From Bacteroidales bacterium (GTDB taxonomy: Bacteria > Bacteroidota > Bacteroidia > Bacteroidales > UBA10428): DNA of 64,000 bases. A program made the translations under genes and the position numbers. The stretch covers positions 40,213 to 104,212 of the forward strand of contig JAWOHT010000200.1 of the NCBI GenBank assembly GCA_046485045.1. Direction: 5' to 3'. This document shows positions 48,168-58,255 of the stretch, in pieces; position 1 is the first letter of the stretch, and each line of letters begins with the position of its first letter. The notes below the pieces were generated by a model. That model saw only the letters and a list, made by a program, of their open reading frames with translations, made no database searches and had not been told where the DNA came from.

Positions 48168-50231
48168 CTAATTAACATTGATCAGCGCTTCATCCACCGC
48201 CTTTAACAGAGGCCTGCCTGATAGTTCTTCCCCTACAGCCTGCTTCATCCATAAATCGGGGGTAAGGTTGCCTGATGAGAAAATACGCTTTATTTCAGCA
48301 GCGAAATCTTTACCGGCCATATACTCCTCAATCTGATAGTCAATAAGATGACCTACAGGATATGCGGAAAGGTACAACGGGTATGCTATCATATGCGAAT
48401 AAATGGCAAGAATTACCTGGTCTTTCACACCAAAAACTTCTGCATAATACTTATTCCATATTTCCCTGGAAATGTTCAGCACGGCTTCTTTCAGCGCTTC
48501 TGCAGAGGCCTTGGGGTGTTCGTAAAGCCATTTCCATACGGCCATATCTAACAGCGATACGCCCATAATCTCATAACACGACCAAAAAATATCAAGCGCC
48601 ATAAGGTGTTGCTCTAAGGCATCGGTACTTCCAAATCCCAGCAATTCAATATCGCGCTTCTGAAAGATAAAGGCAAGCGCCTCAGTAAAAGCGGTATTGG
48701 GTATCCCTTTCAGAGTGTAATAATCTGTATTGTAAAGCGTGAGTGTTTGCTCAACATTATGCCCGAATTCATGAATGGCAATGTTGTATCCCTTGTAATT
48801 CATTCCCTTTTCGCCGATGCGCGTCCTGAGGTGCGATTTCTCAGTCCTCATTTCGGCACCTGTTGCATGACCGGCACCCCTTGAAGGATCAACAGTGATT
48901 TTGGAAGAAATGAGTTGTGCTTCTTCCCGGTTAAAACCTAATTTTTGAAGTATAACAGGCATATCTGCCTCAAAGGCGGCAGGTGTGGGGTATTTTTTTG
49001 CTAAAATACCATCAAACATCTTTTCATCTAATTTGTCTCCTTTTGGTTTAAAGCCGTTGTACCAGATATCAAATGGTTCAAGTGGCCGGTTGAGACGTTG
49101 GCCGATGAGTTGTGCTACCTTCAGGACTTCTTCAGATGAAAGCAGTTCGATAAAGAGTTTTTCAACTTCGGGCTGCGGCATTTGCATCGACTGGTCAAAG
49201 GCCCTTGCAATAGCCGTATTGTAAAAAGGATTGTACCTGTCAATATCTGTGTTGGCTTTGAAAAGATCCAGCAGGTGCTGATACCGTATGATGTTTTCTG
49301 GTTTGACATCATCAGCGTTCTTGTCAGAGAATATCTCGTTGGAATATGGATTCCAACGATATGTGTTATTATTGACAACCTGTGTGGGTATTTCCTGGGT
49401 AATGATTTTTTTCATCACCTCGTAGATCATTCGTTGTTTCAATAACCCGTCAGCCCCGGCATAATTTGATTTTAACTCGTCGCGCAATCCCCAGTGTGAA
49501 ATCAGCTTCATATCTTTCGGAAAATACGATTGCATAGAGCTGTCGGTGAGGTTCGCCATGTAGATATTGTACTCGTCAATATATGCGCTTGCACGTGTAA
49601 TAATGTCTGAATAATTTTGATTTACGGCTGCAGGTATCCTGTCTGTTACAGCATCGCCAACCCTGGCATAAGCCCATTCTTTTCTCGACCATGAGGGGCC
49701 TTTGTCCAGCTTGTCTTCGAGCGGATAAAACCTGAAATTCAGTAATATTACAAACGAAACCTTATTTTTAAATAAATCGTCTGATAAGTGGCTTGAAGGA
49801 TCATAGCTCCCCATAAGCATGTCAAAGGGTGTTATTTCACCCATGTCAAGTTCAAGTGGTTCGCGCAACTGCAGGGACATCTTGGTAAAGTTTCCGCTTA
49901 AAATTTCAAAATTTCTGTCGAGCTTATGAAATAAAACATCAAGCGCTGCACCCTGAGGCAGAAAATTTTCAAGGCAAAATAATCTGAATTGGTCTGCCGT
50001 ACCATCCTCACCAGTCCAAAACCTGGCAACCTGCGACACGCCCTGCTCTATTCTAAACCTGTTTTCTTCACCATGTCTGGCAATCAGGCTGTCCTTTACT
50101 TCATGCTGCGATTTCGTTTCAATAAACTTTCCCATATTTCCGGAATTATCATTACGTGATTTTTTGTTTTCGGGGGTTGAACAACAAATAGTTATAGCTA
50201 AAGTGGTAAGAAGGGCCAAAATGATTTTCAT
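48168..50231 (-). CDS. Putative gluzincin zinc-metallopeptidase lipoprotein (M2/M3-like HEFGH...E)
   Basis: A start at the ATG at 50231 gives MKIILALLTTLAITICCS, a lipoprotein-like signal. The ORF-track start at 50258 overlaps the ald stop. It has a single HExxH motif (AIHEFGHNVEQ) with Glu 26 residues after the second His (FTEALAF). Confidence 0.5.
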   Translation of the reverse strand: MKIILALLTTLAITICCSTPENKKSRNDNSGNMGKFIETKSQHEVKDSLIARHGEENRFRIEQGVSQVARFWTGEDGTADQFRLFCLENFLPQGAALDVLFHKLDRNFEILSGNFTKMSLQLREPLELDMGEITPFDMLMGSYDPSSHLSDDLFKNKVSFVILLNFRFYPLEDKLDKGPSWSRKEWAYARVGDAVTDRIPAAVNQNYSDIITRASAYIDEYNIYMANLTDSSMQSYFPKDMKLISHWGLRDELKSNYAGADGLLKQRMIYEVMKKIITQEIPTQVVNNNTYRWNPYSNEIFSDKNADDVKPENIIRYQHLLDLFKANTDIDRYNPFYNTAIARAFDQSMQMPQPEVEKLFIELLSSEEVLKVAQLIGQRLNRPLEPFDIWYNGFKPKGDKLDEKMFDGILAKKYPTPAAFEADMPVILQKLGFNREEAQLISSKITVDPSRGAGHATGAEMRTEKSHLRTRIGEKGMNYKGYNIAIHEFGHNVEQTLTLYNTDYYTLKGIPNTAFTEALAFIFQKRDIELLGFGSTDALEQHLMALDIFWSCYEIMGVSLLDMAVWKWLYEHPKASAEALKEAVLNISREIWNKYYAEVFGVKDQVILAIYSHMIAYPLYLSAYPVGHLIDYQIEEYMAGKDFAAEIKRIFSSGNLTPDLWMKQAVGEELSGRPLLKAVDEALINVN

Positions 50232-50257
50232 GGTAATATTTTTTATAATCCAATACA

Positions 50258-51481
50258 TCAGAATGCTGCCATAAGTAAATCAATATCTTTGGAGGGAATG
50301 TTAAAGTTCCTGCCCAGCAACTCATTGGTAAGAATACCGTTATAAAGATAAACGCCGTGCCTTACGCCCAGGTTAGACTTCAGGAACGGTTTAATACCGC
50401 CCGAATTCCCAATTTCCATCATTATGGGCGAAATGATATTGCTAAGGGCGATGGAAGCAGTGCGGGCGACTCGCGAGGGAAGGTTGTTAACACTGTAATG
50501 TATCACATCGTGCTTTGTATATACGGGGTCAAGCAGGGTACGGCATTCGGAAGTTTCAATACAGCCACCCTGATCAATGCTGATGTCTACGATAACAGAT
50601 CCTTTTTTCATCTCTTTTACCATCTCTTCGGTAACAAAATACCTGGGTCCCCTGTCGTAGAGGTTGTATGCACCTACCAGTACATCGGCCGATTTAAGCG
50701 TGCGGCGTAACACGCGAGGATGGAAAATTGATGTATGAAGGCGGGTACCAAGGTTCTTTTGCAGTTGTTCAAGTTTTTGCGGCGAGGGGTCAAAAACCTT
50801 TACATAAGAACCAAGTCCCAGGGCAGCCCTGGCTGCATATTCTGCGGCTGTGCCTGCGCCTATGATAACGACTTCGGTAGGGGTGATCCCGGAAATTCCG
50901 CCGAGCATAATACCTTTGCCCCCGCTGTTGTTGCTAAGGTACTCACCTGCAATAATAATTGCCGTGTTTCCGGCAATGGCATTCATCGATTGCAAGACCG
51001 GGAAATAGTTAAACTCATCTTTAATGTATTCATAGGCTATGGCAGAAATCTTTTTATCCATGAGCTTGCGGATGTATGCTTCGCTCTGATTGAAAACATG
51101 CAACCCGGAAAGAATAACCTGATTCCCTTTTAGCAGGTCTATTTCTTCAAGATCGAGGGGTGCAACTTTTAGAATGAGGTCGGTACCAAGCACCTGGGCT
51201 TTGTTATCAACAATAAACCCGCCATATTCGCTGTAGCTTTGGTCTGAATAGTGGGCGCCTTCACCCGCCCTGGATTCGATAATTACATCGTGCCCGTTGT
51301 TAACCAGCACTTCAACAGCTTCGGGGGTTAATGAAACACGCTGTTCTATATGCTGCTTCTCACGGGGTATCCCAATGGTAAGCTTTTTCTGTCGCTTGCC
51401 TATTTCAAGCATCTCTTCCTGTGGCAGCATGCCTCCATACATTAATGGCATGCTGTGCGATTCGGGTTTTTGTTCAACCAT
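50258..51481 (-). CDS. ald: Alanine dehydrogenase / PNT-alpha family NAD-dependent dehydrogenase
   Basis: 407-aa ORF with an AlaDH/PNT N-domain and the dinucleotide fold VVIIGAGTAAEYAARAALGLG. The length matches Bacteroidetes Ald-type proteins. Confidence 0.7.
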   Translation of the reverse strand: MVEQKPESHSMPLMYGGMLPQEEMLEIGKRQKKLTIGIPREKQHIEQRVSLTPEAVEVLVNNGHDVIIESRAGEGAHYSDQSYSEYGGFIVDNKAQVLGTDLILKVAPLDLEEIDLLKGNQVILSGLHVFNQSEAYIRKLMDKKISAIAYEYIKDEFNYFPVLQSMNAIAGNTAIIIAGEYLSNNSGGKGIMLGGISGITPTEVVIIGAGTAAEYAARAALGLGSYVKVFDPSPQKLEQLQKNLGTRLHTSIFHPRVLRRTLKSADVLVGAYNLYDRGPRYFVTEEMVKEMKKGSVIVDISIDQGGCIETSECRTLLDPVYTKHDVIHYSVNNLPSRVARTASIALSNIISPIMMEIGNSGGIKPFLKSNLGVRHGVYLYNGILTNELLGRNFNIPSKDIDLLMAAF

Positions 51482-51683
51482 GGCAGTTTGGTATGGCTAT
51501 TTAGAAAACCATCTAAGATAATACAATTGGCATATTTGTTCAAGTAAAATCTGAATGAAATACATTTAGTCTTTGCAAGTAAACACCAAAGACTGAAAAA
51601 ACAAGTGTGCTGACACTATTCAGGAGACCAAATTATATTTTTACAACCAGAATTTAAAAAATAACCCGCCTGAAACAAATTAA

Positions 51684-52106
51684 TCAGGCTGTGCAGAGGG
51701 TAACTTTCCTTGCATTGTCGGTAGTTTCTTCAATGGTTACATTACATGTGTCTTCAGGCAGCAATTCTTCAGCAATATCAGGCCATTCAATAAAAAGTAT
51801 TGCATCGCTATAAAAATAGTCTTCATAACCAATGTCATATAACTCTTCAATAGATTTAATGCGGTACAGGTCGAAATGATATATGGTGTCTCCTGTATTT
51901 GTGCTATATTCATTAATCAGGGCAAATGAAGGGCTGTTGACAATATCGCCGGCCCCCAGTTGATTGCATATTTCGGTAATGAAAGTTGTTTTGCCCGATC
52001 CCATTTTACCATAAAATGCAAACCTGTGGTACCCCCGGGTAAGTTCAATAAATTGTTTTGCAGCCCGGGGCAGATCATGCAGCGATGGAATAAAAAATGT
52101 TTGCAT
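51684..52106 (-). CDS. tsaE: tRNA t6A37 biosynthesis ATPase TsaE
   Basis: 140-aa ORF with the P-loop FYGKMGSGKTTF and the SPSFALINEY and HFDLYR motifs. Confidence 0.9.
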   Translation of the reverse strand: MQTFFIPSLHDLPRAAKQFIELTRGYHRFAFYGKMGSGKTTFITEICNQLGAGDIVNSPSFALINEYSTNTGDTIYHFDLYRIKSIEELYDIGYEDYFYSDAILFIEWPDIAEELLPEDTCNVTIEETTDNARKVTLCTA

Positions 52107-52111
52107 ATATG

Positions 52112-53674
52112 TCAGGAAAGATTTTTAGGGGTCATGGTAACAATGGGCACAAGCATCTCTTCGAGCGATACGCCGCCATGCTGAAAGGTGCTTTTGTAAT
52201 AATTAGCATAATGATTGTAATTATTCGGATAAACCAGAAAATCGGATTGCATGGCAAAGATATATTTTGATGTTACGTTTGACTTTGGGAGATGGGCCTC
52301 ATATGGATTTTTTATCTCAAAAACCTCTTTCGGGTTAAAGTTAAGGTTTCTGCCCATTTTATAGCGTAGGTTCACCGAGGTTTTCTTGTCGCCGATAACC
52401 TTTACGGGATTATTTACCCTCAGGCTTCCGTGATCGGTGGTAAAAATAACAGTATAGTCTTTTTCAGAAAGCAGTTTAAGTAAGTCGTGCAGGTGCGAGT
52501 GCTGAAACCAGGTTTGCGTTAAAGCCCTGTAGGCCGATTCGTTGCCTGCAAGCTCGCGTATCATTTCCATCTCGGTATTGGCATGAGAAAGCATGTCAAT
52601 AAAGTTATAGACTACAACCACAAAATTGTAATTTAAAAGGTCTGAAAAATTATCTACCAGTTTTTTGCCGGCCCTGGAGTTTAGAATCTTTTCGTAACGG
52701 AACCTGCACTTTTTTCCAAGCCTTGCCATTTGTTTAAGCAAAAGTTCTTCCTCGTTCATGTTTTTCGCCCCCTCTTCGTCATCGTTGAGCCAGAGCGAAG
52801 GATTGAGTTCTTGTATTTCTTTTGGCATTAAGCCTGCAAACATCGAATTCCTGGCATATTGTGTAGCCGTAGGGATGATGCTGCAAAATAATTCATCAGA
52901 TACAGTTACAAAATACTCGCTCACTGTCGGAAGAATGGTCTTCCATTGGTCATATCTAAGGTTATCTATGAGTATAACCATCACTTTCTGACCCCGGTCA
53001 ATAATCGGAAAAATCTTTTCCCTGAAAATACTGGGCGACATTAAGGGTTTGTTCTGATTATCTTTTCCAAACCACGACAAGTAATTGTTTTTAATGAATT
53101 TTGAGAACCCCTGGTTTGCTTCAGATTTCTGCATTTCAAGAATTTCTGTCATCCCCTGCTCATTAAGCTTCTCGAGTTCAAGTTCCCAGTAAACAATTTT
53201 ACGGTAAATGTCTGCCCATTCATTATATGTCCTGGCATAGTTTATGAGCAGGCCTATTTTACTGAATTCAGACTGATAGGCTGAAGTAGTTTCCCTTGAT
53301 ACCAGCTTTTTAGTGTCGATGTTTTTCTTTATAGCCAGCAAAATCTGTTTGGGGTTCACGGGCTTAATAAGGTAATCGGCTATTTTTGAACCAATTGCAG
53401 CATCCATGATATTTTCTTCTTCACTTTTCGTGATCATGATCACCGGCACCGTTGAAATCTCTGCTTTGATCAGGTTGAGCGTTTCAAGACCACTTATTCC
53501 CGGCATATTTTCATCGAGAAAAATCAGGTCGAAGTGGTTCTTTTTCACCAGGTCAACAGCATCGTAACCATTGCTCGATGTCATAATATCATAACCCTTC
53601 TCCTGCAAAAAGATAACGTAAGGCTTTAAGAGGTCTATTTCATCGTCTGTCCAGAGTATTTTTATTTTTCTCAT
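52112..53674 (-). CDS. porX: T9SS response regulator PorX (CheY receiver + PglZ/alkaline-phosphatase-like domain)
   Basis: A start at MRKIKILWTDDE (53674) is preferred. The receiver has phospho-acceptor context DLIFLDENMPGISG and KP (YLIKPV). The C-terminal PglZ-type region includes VILIDNLRYDQW and FTTDHGS. Confidence 0.85.
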   Translation of the reverse strand: MRKIKILWTDDEIDLLKPYVIFLQEKGYDIMTSSNGYDAVDLVKKNHFDLIFLDENMPGISGLETLNLIKAEISTVPVIMITKSEEENIMDAAIGSKIADYLIKPVNPKQILLAIKKNIDTKKLVSRETTSAYQSEFSKIGLLINYARTYNEWADIYRKIVYWELELEKLNEQGMTEILEMQKSEANQGFSKFIKNNYLSWFGKDNQNKPLMSPSIFREKIFPIIDRGQKVMVILIDNLRYDQWKTILPTVSEYFVTVSDELFCSIIPTATQYARNSMFAGLMPKEIQELNPSLWLNDDEEGAKNMNEEELLLKQMARLGKKCRFRYEKILNSRAGKKLVDNFSDLLNYNFVVVVYNFIDMLSHANTEMEMIRELAGNESAYRALTQTWFQHSHLHDLLKLLSEKDYTVIFTTDHGSLRVNNPVKVIGDKKTSVNLRYKMGRNLNFNPKEVFEIKNPYEAHLPKSNVTSKYIFAMQSDFLVYPNNYNHYANYYKSTFQHGGVSLEEMLVPIVTMTPKNLS

Positions 53675-53718
53675 AACTATCCTGTCTAAAATTAAATGTG
53701 GCAAACAATTTTAAAATG

Positions 53719-56373
53719 CTAACGATAGTTTTCTTTAAAAAACATCAGGTATCTACCGGCAAGTTTATCGGTTTTTAAGATTTCAAGGTTGGCAGCTGTT
53801 ATTGCAAACATTATCATGTTTTCGGTTGGAATATCTTTAAAAATATCCTTATTGGCCATCACCATATTGAAATATTCAACCGACTGGTTTTTATCTTGAA
53901 ACTGTCTTACAGTTAAAAGAGACTGTTCATTATTTAGTTCTACATTTTCAATTTTCAGGTTTAAGACATCAAAATAGTCGAGGTTGAAGTTAATGATATT
54001 GAAAATCATCTGATTTATATTCAGTCCTTTGGGTACGACAAATGCAAAATAGTGAATAGCGTTGTCGTTGGCTTCGTACAATTTCAGTGCGATTTCCTTA
54101 TCTTCATCAGCCTTCATTTCTGGTTTTTCTTTATCAAGATAGGCAACAATGTTTTTTGCATCTTCAGAAACCTCGGTACCGGGGTATTTAGAGATGATTT
54201 CCAGAAGATTGTCCCTGAAGGTTTTGATATCCTGTGTTCTGCCTGAACTCAATGCTCTAAGGTATGCAAACTTAGGTATAAGTATGTCATCGGGGAAATT
54301 GGCAAGTGCATGGTTGCAACGTGTAATAACTTCATTGAAATTATTATTTAAATACAAATCATAAGTTGCAGTATAATAGTATTTTACCTTGTTTTCCTCT
54401 TGTTCAAGTTCTTTAATAAAATTGGGGTTTGCAAGCAATTTTGCATTGGAACTGTTTGGATACAACTCGATGATTTTTGTCTTGTAAAATTCTGACATGG
54501 CCGTGTTGTTCTGAAGCTTGTACATTGTGTAAAGGTTATAATATGCCCGCAATGAATTGTCAGAACCGGGGTATCTCTTAATAAGCTCTTTGAACGATTC
54601 GGCTGCTTTCTCGGTATCTTTGAGGTCGTTTTTATAGACTAATCCCATATTGTAAAGCGCCTGTTCAATTTTGCGGTGAGATTCGCTCATCATAGAATCA
54701 TTTACAGGAATGTTCTTAAGGTAAAACTCCCTTGTCTTATTGCTTAATACTTCATTTGCTTTCACCTCGCTGTCGGTAATAAATTCTGAACCCTCGGTCG
54801 GGGAAATCATGGTCGAGGTTGATTTCTCACGCCGGCGCCAGTTGTCTTCCAGCCTCCGGTTGCCCCATCGCAGCGAAAACTCTTTATAACCAAGACTTTT
54901 GGCTGTCTCGTTGTAAAAATACCAATTGCCTCCCGAAGCTGCCGTCCCGGTTGCTGCAGTGCCCAAAGATGATATCTCACGGCCAAACTGGGCATCAAGT
55001 AGCTTCTGTTGTTCAATCATTTTTTGTTCCTGCTCCTGATTTCTGAGGTCTTCTATAATGCCGTCTATCACAGCCAGTAAATCTTTTTCGCTTAACCGGG
55101 CAAGTTTTTGCACACTGTCTTCAAGGTGAACCGTGTTAATTTGCTTCACAAGATTGGTAAGGTTCTTAGATTTGGCATATATAAGGTCGTAGCCCTTAAA
55201 CTCAACATCGAGCTGCAATACAGCACTATCGTAGAAGGCTTGCGCGTTCACATAATCGGGCATTTCATAATAAATATCTGCCAGTGTTAAGTACGAACGT
55301 GCCTTTTGATCTTTGTTGGTTGTATTGTACGAAACAGAGTATTTATATTGTTCAAGCGCTTTTGCAGTATTTCCCTCTTTTAAGGCAAGGTTACCAAGGG
55401 CATAGTAAATCTGGTCAAGGTAATCAATGTTTTTATCATCTTTTAGCATCTTCATTAACTGGTTTTCGATATCTTTTACCTGTCCAAAGCCTTTTTCGTA
55501 TGCCAGTGCAAGCGATATCTTTGCATTGAAGGCCATATCATAAGGGGGATTCATTTTTATCACTTTACTGTAATACTCAGAGGCCATTTTAAGCTTACCG
55601 GTACGTTCATATATCTGGGCAAGAATATAGGCATACCGCACTTTCAGTTTTTTTATCCTAGAGTATTGAAGTGCTTTTTCAAGATAAGGGACAGCAGCAT
55701 CAAGTTCCTTCTGCCTGATATGAAAATCGGCCATTGTAGGATATAAAAGTCTCTTCATGTAATTGGATAAACCTTCTTCGGCTTCTAGAGACCTAAGTAT
55801 TTCTTTGGCATTGTTGAAGTCGTTTAACAGATTGTATACCCTTGCAAGCCAGATTCTTGTTTCAAGAAGTGTTTTTTCAGATTTATATTCATTAAGAATA
55901 AATAAAAATGTTTCTTTTGCTTTTTCGAATTCGTGCTTGTAAACCAATGCCTTGCCCATAAGCAGGTAATTATTGTCTACCCATTTGTTGTACTCTTTTT
56001 TGCTTAGAAATTCGCGTTGGCTCTCAGAAAGGGGCTTATTAGATTTGATTTCGGGTTTCACAGTAATTGAATGCATACTCACCAGTTTCTCGGCTTTCTT
56101 AATTGCCCGGTCCATCTCAGAACTCACGCTACCGACAAGGGACTTGTCCTGATATAAAAAAACAGGGAGCAGTTCGGAATAGTTGTCTTTACTGTTTTCT
56201 ATTATTGTTCTTTCACCCTTTTTAAGGCTTTCGGCACCATTAAAAAGCACATTGTATTTTGAAGTGATGTTATGGTAAGTTCTGGTAATATATGTGTTTT
56301 TCTGGGTTGAGCAACCTGCAAGTACTAACCCAAGTGCAATGAATATCGTTAATTTTTTATTTCTAACTTTCAA
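53719..56373 (-). CDS. sprE: TPR-repeat lipoprotein SprE/PorW (T9SS)
   Basis: 884-aa ORF with the lipobox LVLAGCS. The N-terminus CSTQKNTYITRTYHNITSKYNVLFNG matches my recollection of the conserved SprE/PorW N-terminus. Multiple TPR-like helices are present. It sits immediately upstream of porX. Confidence 0.65.
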   Translation of the reverse strand: MKVRNKKLTIFIALGLVLAGCSTQKNTYITRTYHNITSKYNVLFNGAESLKKGERTIIENSKDNYSELLPVFLYQDKSLVGSVSSEMDRAIKKAEKLVSMHSITVKPEIKSNKPLSESQREFLSKKEYNKWVDNNYLLMGKALVYKHEFEKAKETFLFILNEYKSEKTLLETRIWLARVYNLLNDFNNAKEILRSLEAEEGLSNYMKRLLYPTMADFHIRQKELDAAVPYLEKALQYSRIKKLKVRYAYILAQIYERTGKLKMASEYYSKVIKMNPPYDMAFNAKISLALAYEKGFGQVKDIENQLMKMLKDDKNIDYLDQIYYALGNLALKEGNTAKALEQYKYSVSYNTTNKDQKARSYLTLADIYYEMPDYVNAQAFYDSAVLQLDVEFKGYDLIYAKSKNLTNLVKQINTVHLEDSVQKLARLSEKDLLAVIDGIIEDLRNQEQEQKMIEQQKLLDAQFGREISSLGTAATGTAASGGNWYFYNETAKSLGYKEFSLRWGNRRLEDNWRRREKSTSTMISPTEGSEFITDSEVKANEVLSNKTREFYLKNIPVNDSMMSESHRKIEQALYNMGLVYKNDLKDTEKAAESFKELIKRYPGSDNSLRAYYNLYTMYKLQNNTAMSEFYKTKIIELYPNSSNAKLLANPNFIKELEQEENKVKYYYTATYDLYLNNNFNEVITRCNHALANFPDDILIPKFAYLRALSSGRTQDIKTFRDNLLEIISKYPGTEVSEDAKNIVAYLDKEKPEMKADEDKEIALKLYEANDNAIHYFAFVVPKGLNINQMIFNIINFNLDYFDVLNLKIENVELNNEQSLLTVRQFQDKNQSVEYFNMVMANKDIFKDIPTENMIMFAITAANLEILKTDKLAGRYLMFFKENYR

Positions 56374-56489
56374 TGATTGAATATTTCTGTTATAACTACA
56401 AATTTTAAAACATATTTTATGTAACGCAAATTTTTTATTGCAAAGCCGGAAAATTTATTTTCAAAGGAGATTGAGTACCTGTCATTGCA

Positions 56490-56738
56490 TTAGCTCACTG
56501 CAACCAATTCCCTGAGCTGTGGAAGTTTTTTTCTTATGGCTTGTTCAATTCCGGCTTTCAGGGTCATCATACTATACGGGCATCCGTTGCAGGCGCCTGT
56601 AAGGCGAACCTTTACCACCAGATCGTCGGTGATTTCAACCAGTTCAACGTCTCCTCCATCGGCCACGAGGTAAGGCCTTACCGTTTCAATGGCATCATTA
56701 ACGGTCTTCACTATTTCATTTTTTCCCGGAGCCTTCAT
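56490..56738 (-). CDS. NifU-like Fe-S cluster scaffold/carrier domain protein
   Basis: 82-aa ORF with DGGDVELV and the CxxC motif GACNGCP. Confidence 0.8.
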   Translation of the reverse strand: MKAPGKNEIVKTVNDAIETVRPYLVADGGDVELVEITDDLVVKVRLTGACNGCPYSMMTLKAGIEQAIRKKLPQLRELVAVS

Positions 56739-56749
56739 TTTGTTGTTTA

Positions 56750-57865
56750 TTAAAAATGTTTTTTTCCATGCACGATTGTCACTTTTTCGGTTGGGTTTAG
56801 TTCGCTGTTACGTTTGGTGACCTGAATAACAAGGTTATCTGCAATAGACTTGAAAGCTTCGCTTGCCAGATCGTTTTTCAATACAGAGGGCATACCTTCA
56901 TCACCGGCTTCCATAATGCTTTGCACGATTGGTATTTGCCCGAGAAATGGAACATTTAGCCTTGCAGCAAGATTTTTGCATCCGTCGCGTCCGAACAGGA
57001 AGTATTTTTTATCGGGTAATTCTTCGGGGGTAAACCACGACATATTTTCGATAAGGCCCAGCACCGGGACATTGATATTCTCATTTGCAAACATATTGAT
57101 ACCCTTTACTACATCGGCAAGGGCAACATTTTGCGGGGTGCTGACAATTACTGCCCCTGTAACCGGCACTGTCTGTACGAGTGTCAGGTGTATGTCGCTG
57201 GTTCCCGGCGGTAGGTCGATAAACATGTAGTCAAGCTCGCCCCAGTCGGCATCTGTCATTAATTGTTTTAAAGCATTCGAAGCCATCGGCCCCCTCCAGA
57301 TGGTGGCGTCTTCGTGGTCAACAAAAAATCCGATGGACAAGACTTTTACCCCATACTGCTCAACAGGAATAATCAAATCGCGCCCATTTACCTTATGGGC
57401 ATAGGGCTTGGAATTTTCGACCTTGAGCATTTTTGGTACCGATGGGCCAAAGATATCGGCATCAATTAATCCGGTACGAAAACCGGCTTTGGCAAAGGCA
57501 ACTGCCAGGTTAACAGCAACTGTTGATTTTCCAACGCCGCCTTTTCCCGAAGCAATGGCCACAATGTTTTTTACTGTAGGTAATATCTCTGAAGATGAAT
57601 TCTCAGATGAGGTTCTCTGCTCCTGATTAATAATTACCTCTGTTTCTGAGACTCCTTGCAGGGTATCTTTCAGAACTACCTCGCATGCCCTTTTAATAGA
57701 GTTTCTTAAAGGATCGTTAGCATTTTCAAAGTTTAAAACAACAACAGTTTTGTTGTCCTGAACAGTCACGTTTTTTACAATGCCTGCTTCGACTATGTTT
57801 CTCCCGCTGGCCGGATGAATCACCTGCTGTAGTAGTTCTTTGACCTGATTTTCACTAATCGTCAT
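56750..57865 (-). CDS. mrp: Mrp/NBP35/ApbC-family Fe-S cluster carrier ATPase
   Basis: 371-aa ORF with an N-terminal DUF59-like segment, the deviant Walker A IASGKGGVGKST, DLPPGTSD and a C-terminal Mrp pattern. Confidence 0.9.
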   Translation of the reverse strand: MTISENQVKELLQQVIHPASGRNIVEAGIVKNVTVQDNKTVVVLNFENANDPLRNSIKRACEVVLKDTLQGVSETEVIINQEQRTSSENSSSEILPTVKNIVAIASGKGGVGKSTVAVNLAVAFAKAGFRTGLIDADIFGPSVPKMLKVENSKPYAHKVNGRDLIIPVEQYGVKVLSIGFFVDHEDATIWRGPMASNALKQLMTDADWGELDYMFIDLPPGTSDIHLTLVQTVPVTGAVIVSTPQNVALADVVKGINMFANENINVPVLGLIENMSWFTPEELPDKKYFLFGRDGCKNLAARLNVPFLGQIPIVQSIMEAGDEGMPSVLKNDLASEAFKSIADNLVIQVTKRNSELNPTEKVTIVHGKKHF

Positions 57866-57922
57866 TTAACTTGGCTTTGTGAAATATTGTTCGCCTGCAA
57901 ATATAGCGATTATAATTCTTAT

Positions 57923-58255
57923 TTAGACTAATTCTTTATTAGGGTCCCAGAAGTACGCTTTAAAATCAACCACACAGTCATTGATTACCCTCACCCCCTC
58001 ATTTTCAAGAAGTTCCTGCATTAGTTCTTCGTGCCTGAAGTGGTGTTTACCGGTAAGCATGCCATAACGGTTTACAACCCTGTGGGCAGGTACAAAAATT
58101 TCCTGATTGTGGGAGGTATTGAGCGCCCAGCCTACCATGCGCGACGATTGCGACGAGCCCAGGTACCTGGCAATTGCGCCGTAAGATGTAACCCTTCCTG
58201 GCGGGATTTTCCGGGTGACATCAAAAACCATTTTAAAAAAATCATTGTCACTCAT
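57923..58255 (-). CDS. MGMT-family DNA-binding protein lacking the acceptor cysteine (alkyltransferase-like, ATL)
   Basis: A start at MSDNDFF (58255) is preferred. The helix-turn-helix region is IPPGRVTSYGAIA. The active-site position reads VPAHRVV instead of PCHRV. Confidence 0.75.
   Translation of the reverse strand: MSDNDFFKMVFDVTRKIPPGRVTSYGAIARYLGSSQSSRMVGWALNTSHNQEIFVPAHRVVNRYGMLTGKHHFRHEELMQELLENEGVRVINDCVVDFKAYFWDPNKELV

Noticed and set aside
52112-53674. A PglZ domain, which could suggest a BREX-type phage-defence gene.
   Set aside because: The PglZ-like domain is fused to an N-terminal CheY receiver (DLIFLDENMPGISG). That is the PorX architecture. No BREX partners (methyltransferase, BrxC, BrxL etc.) are nearby.
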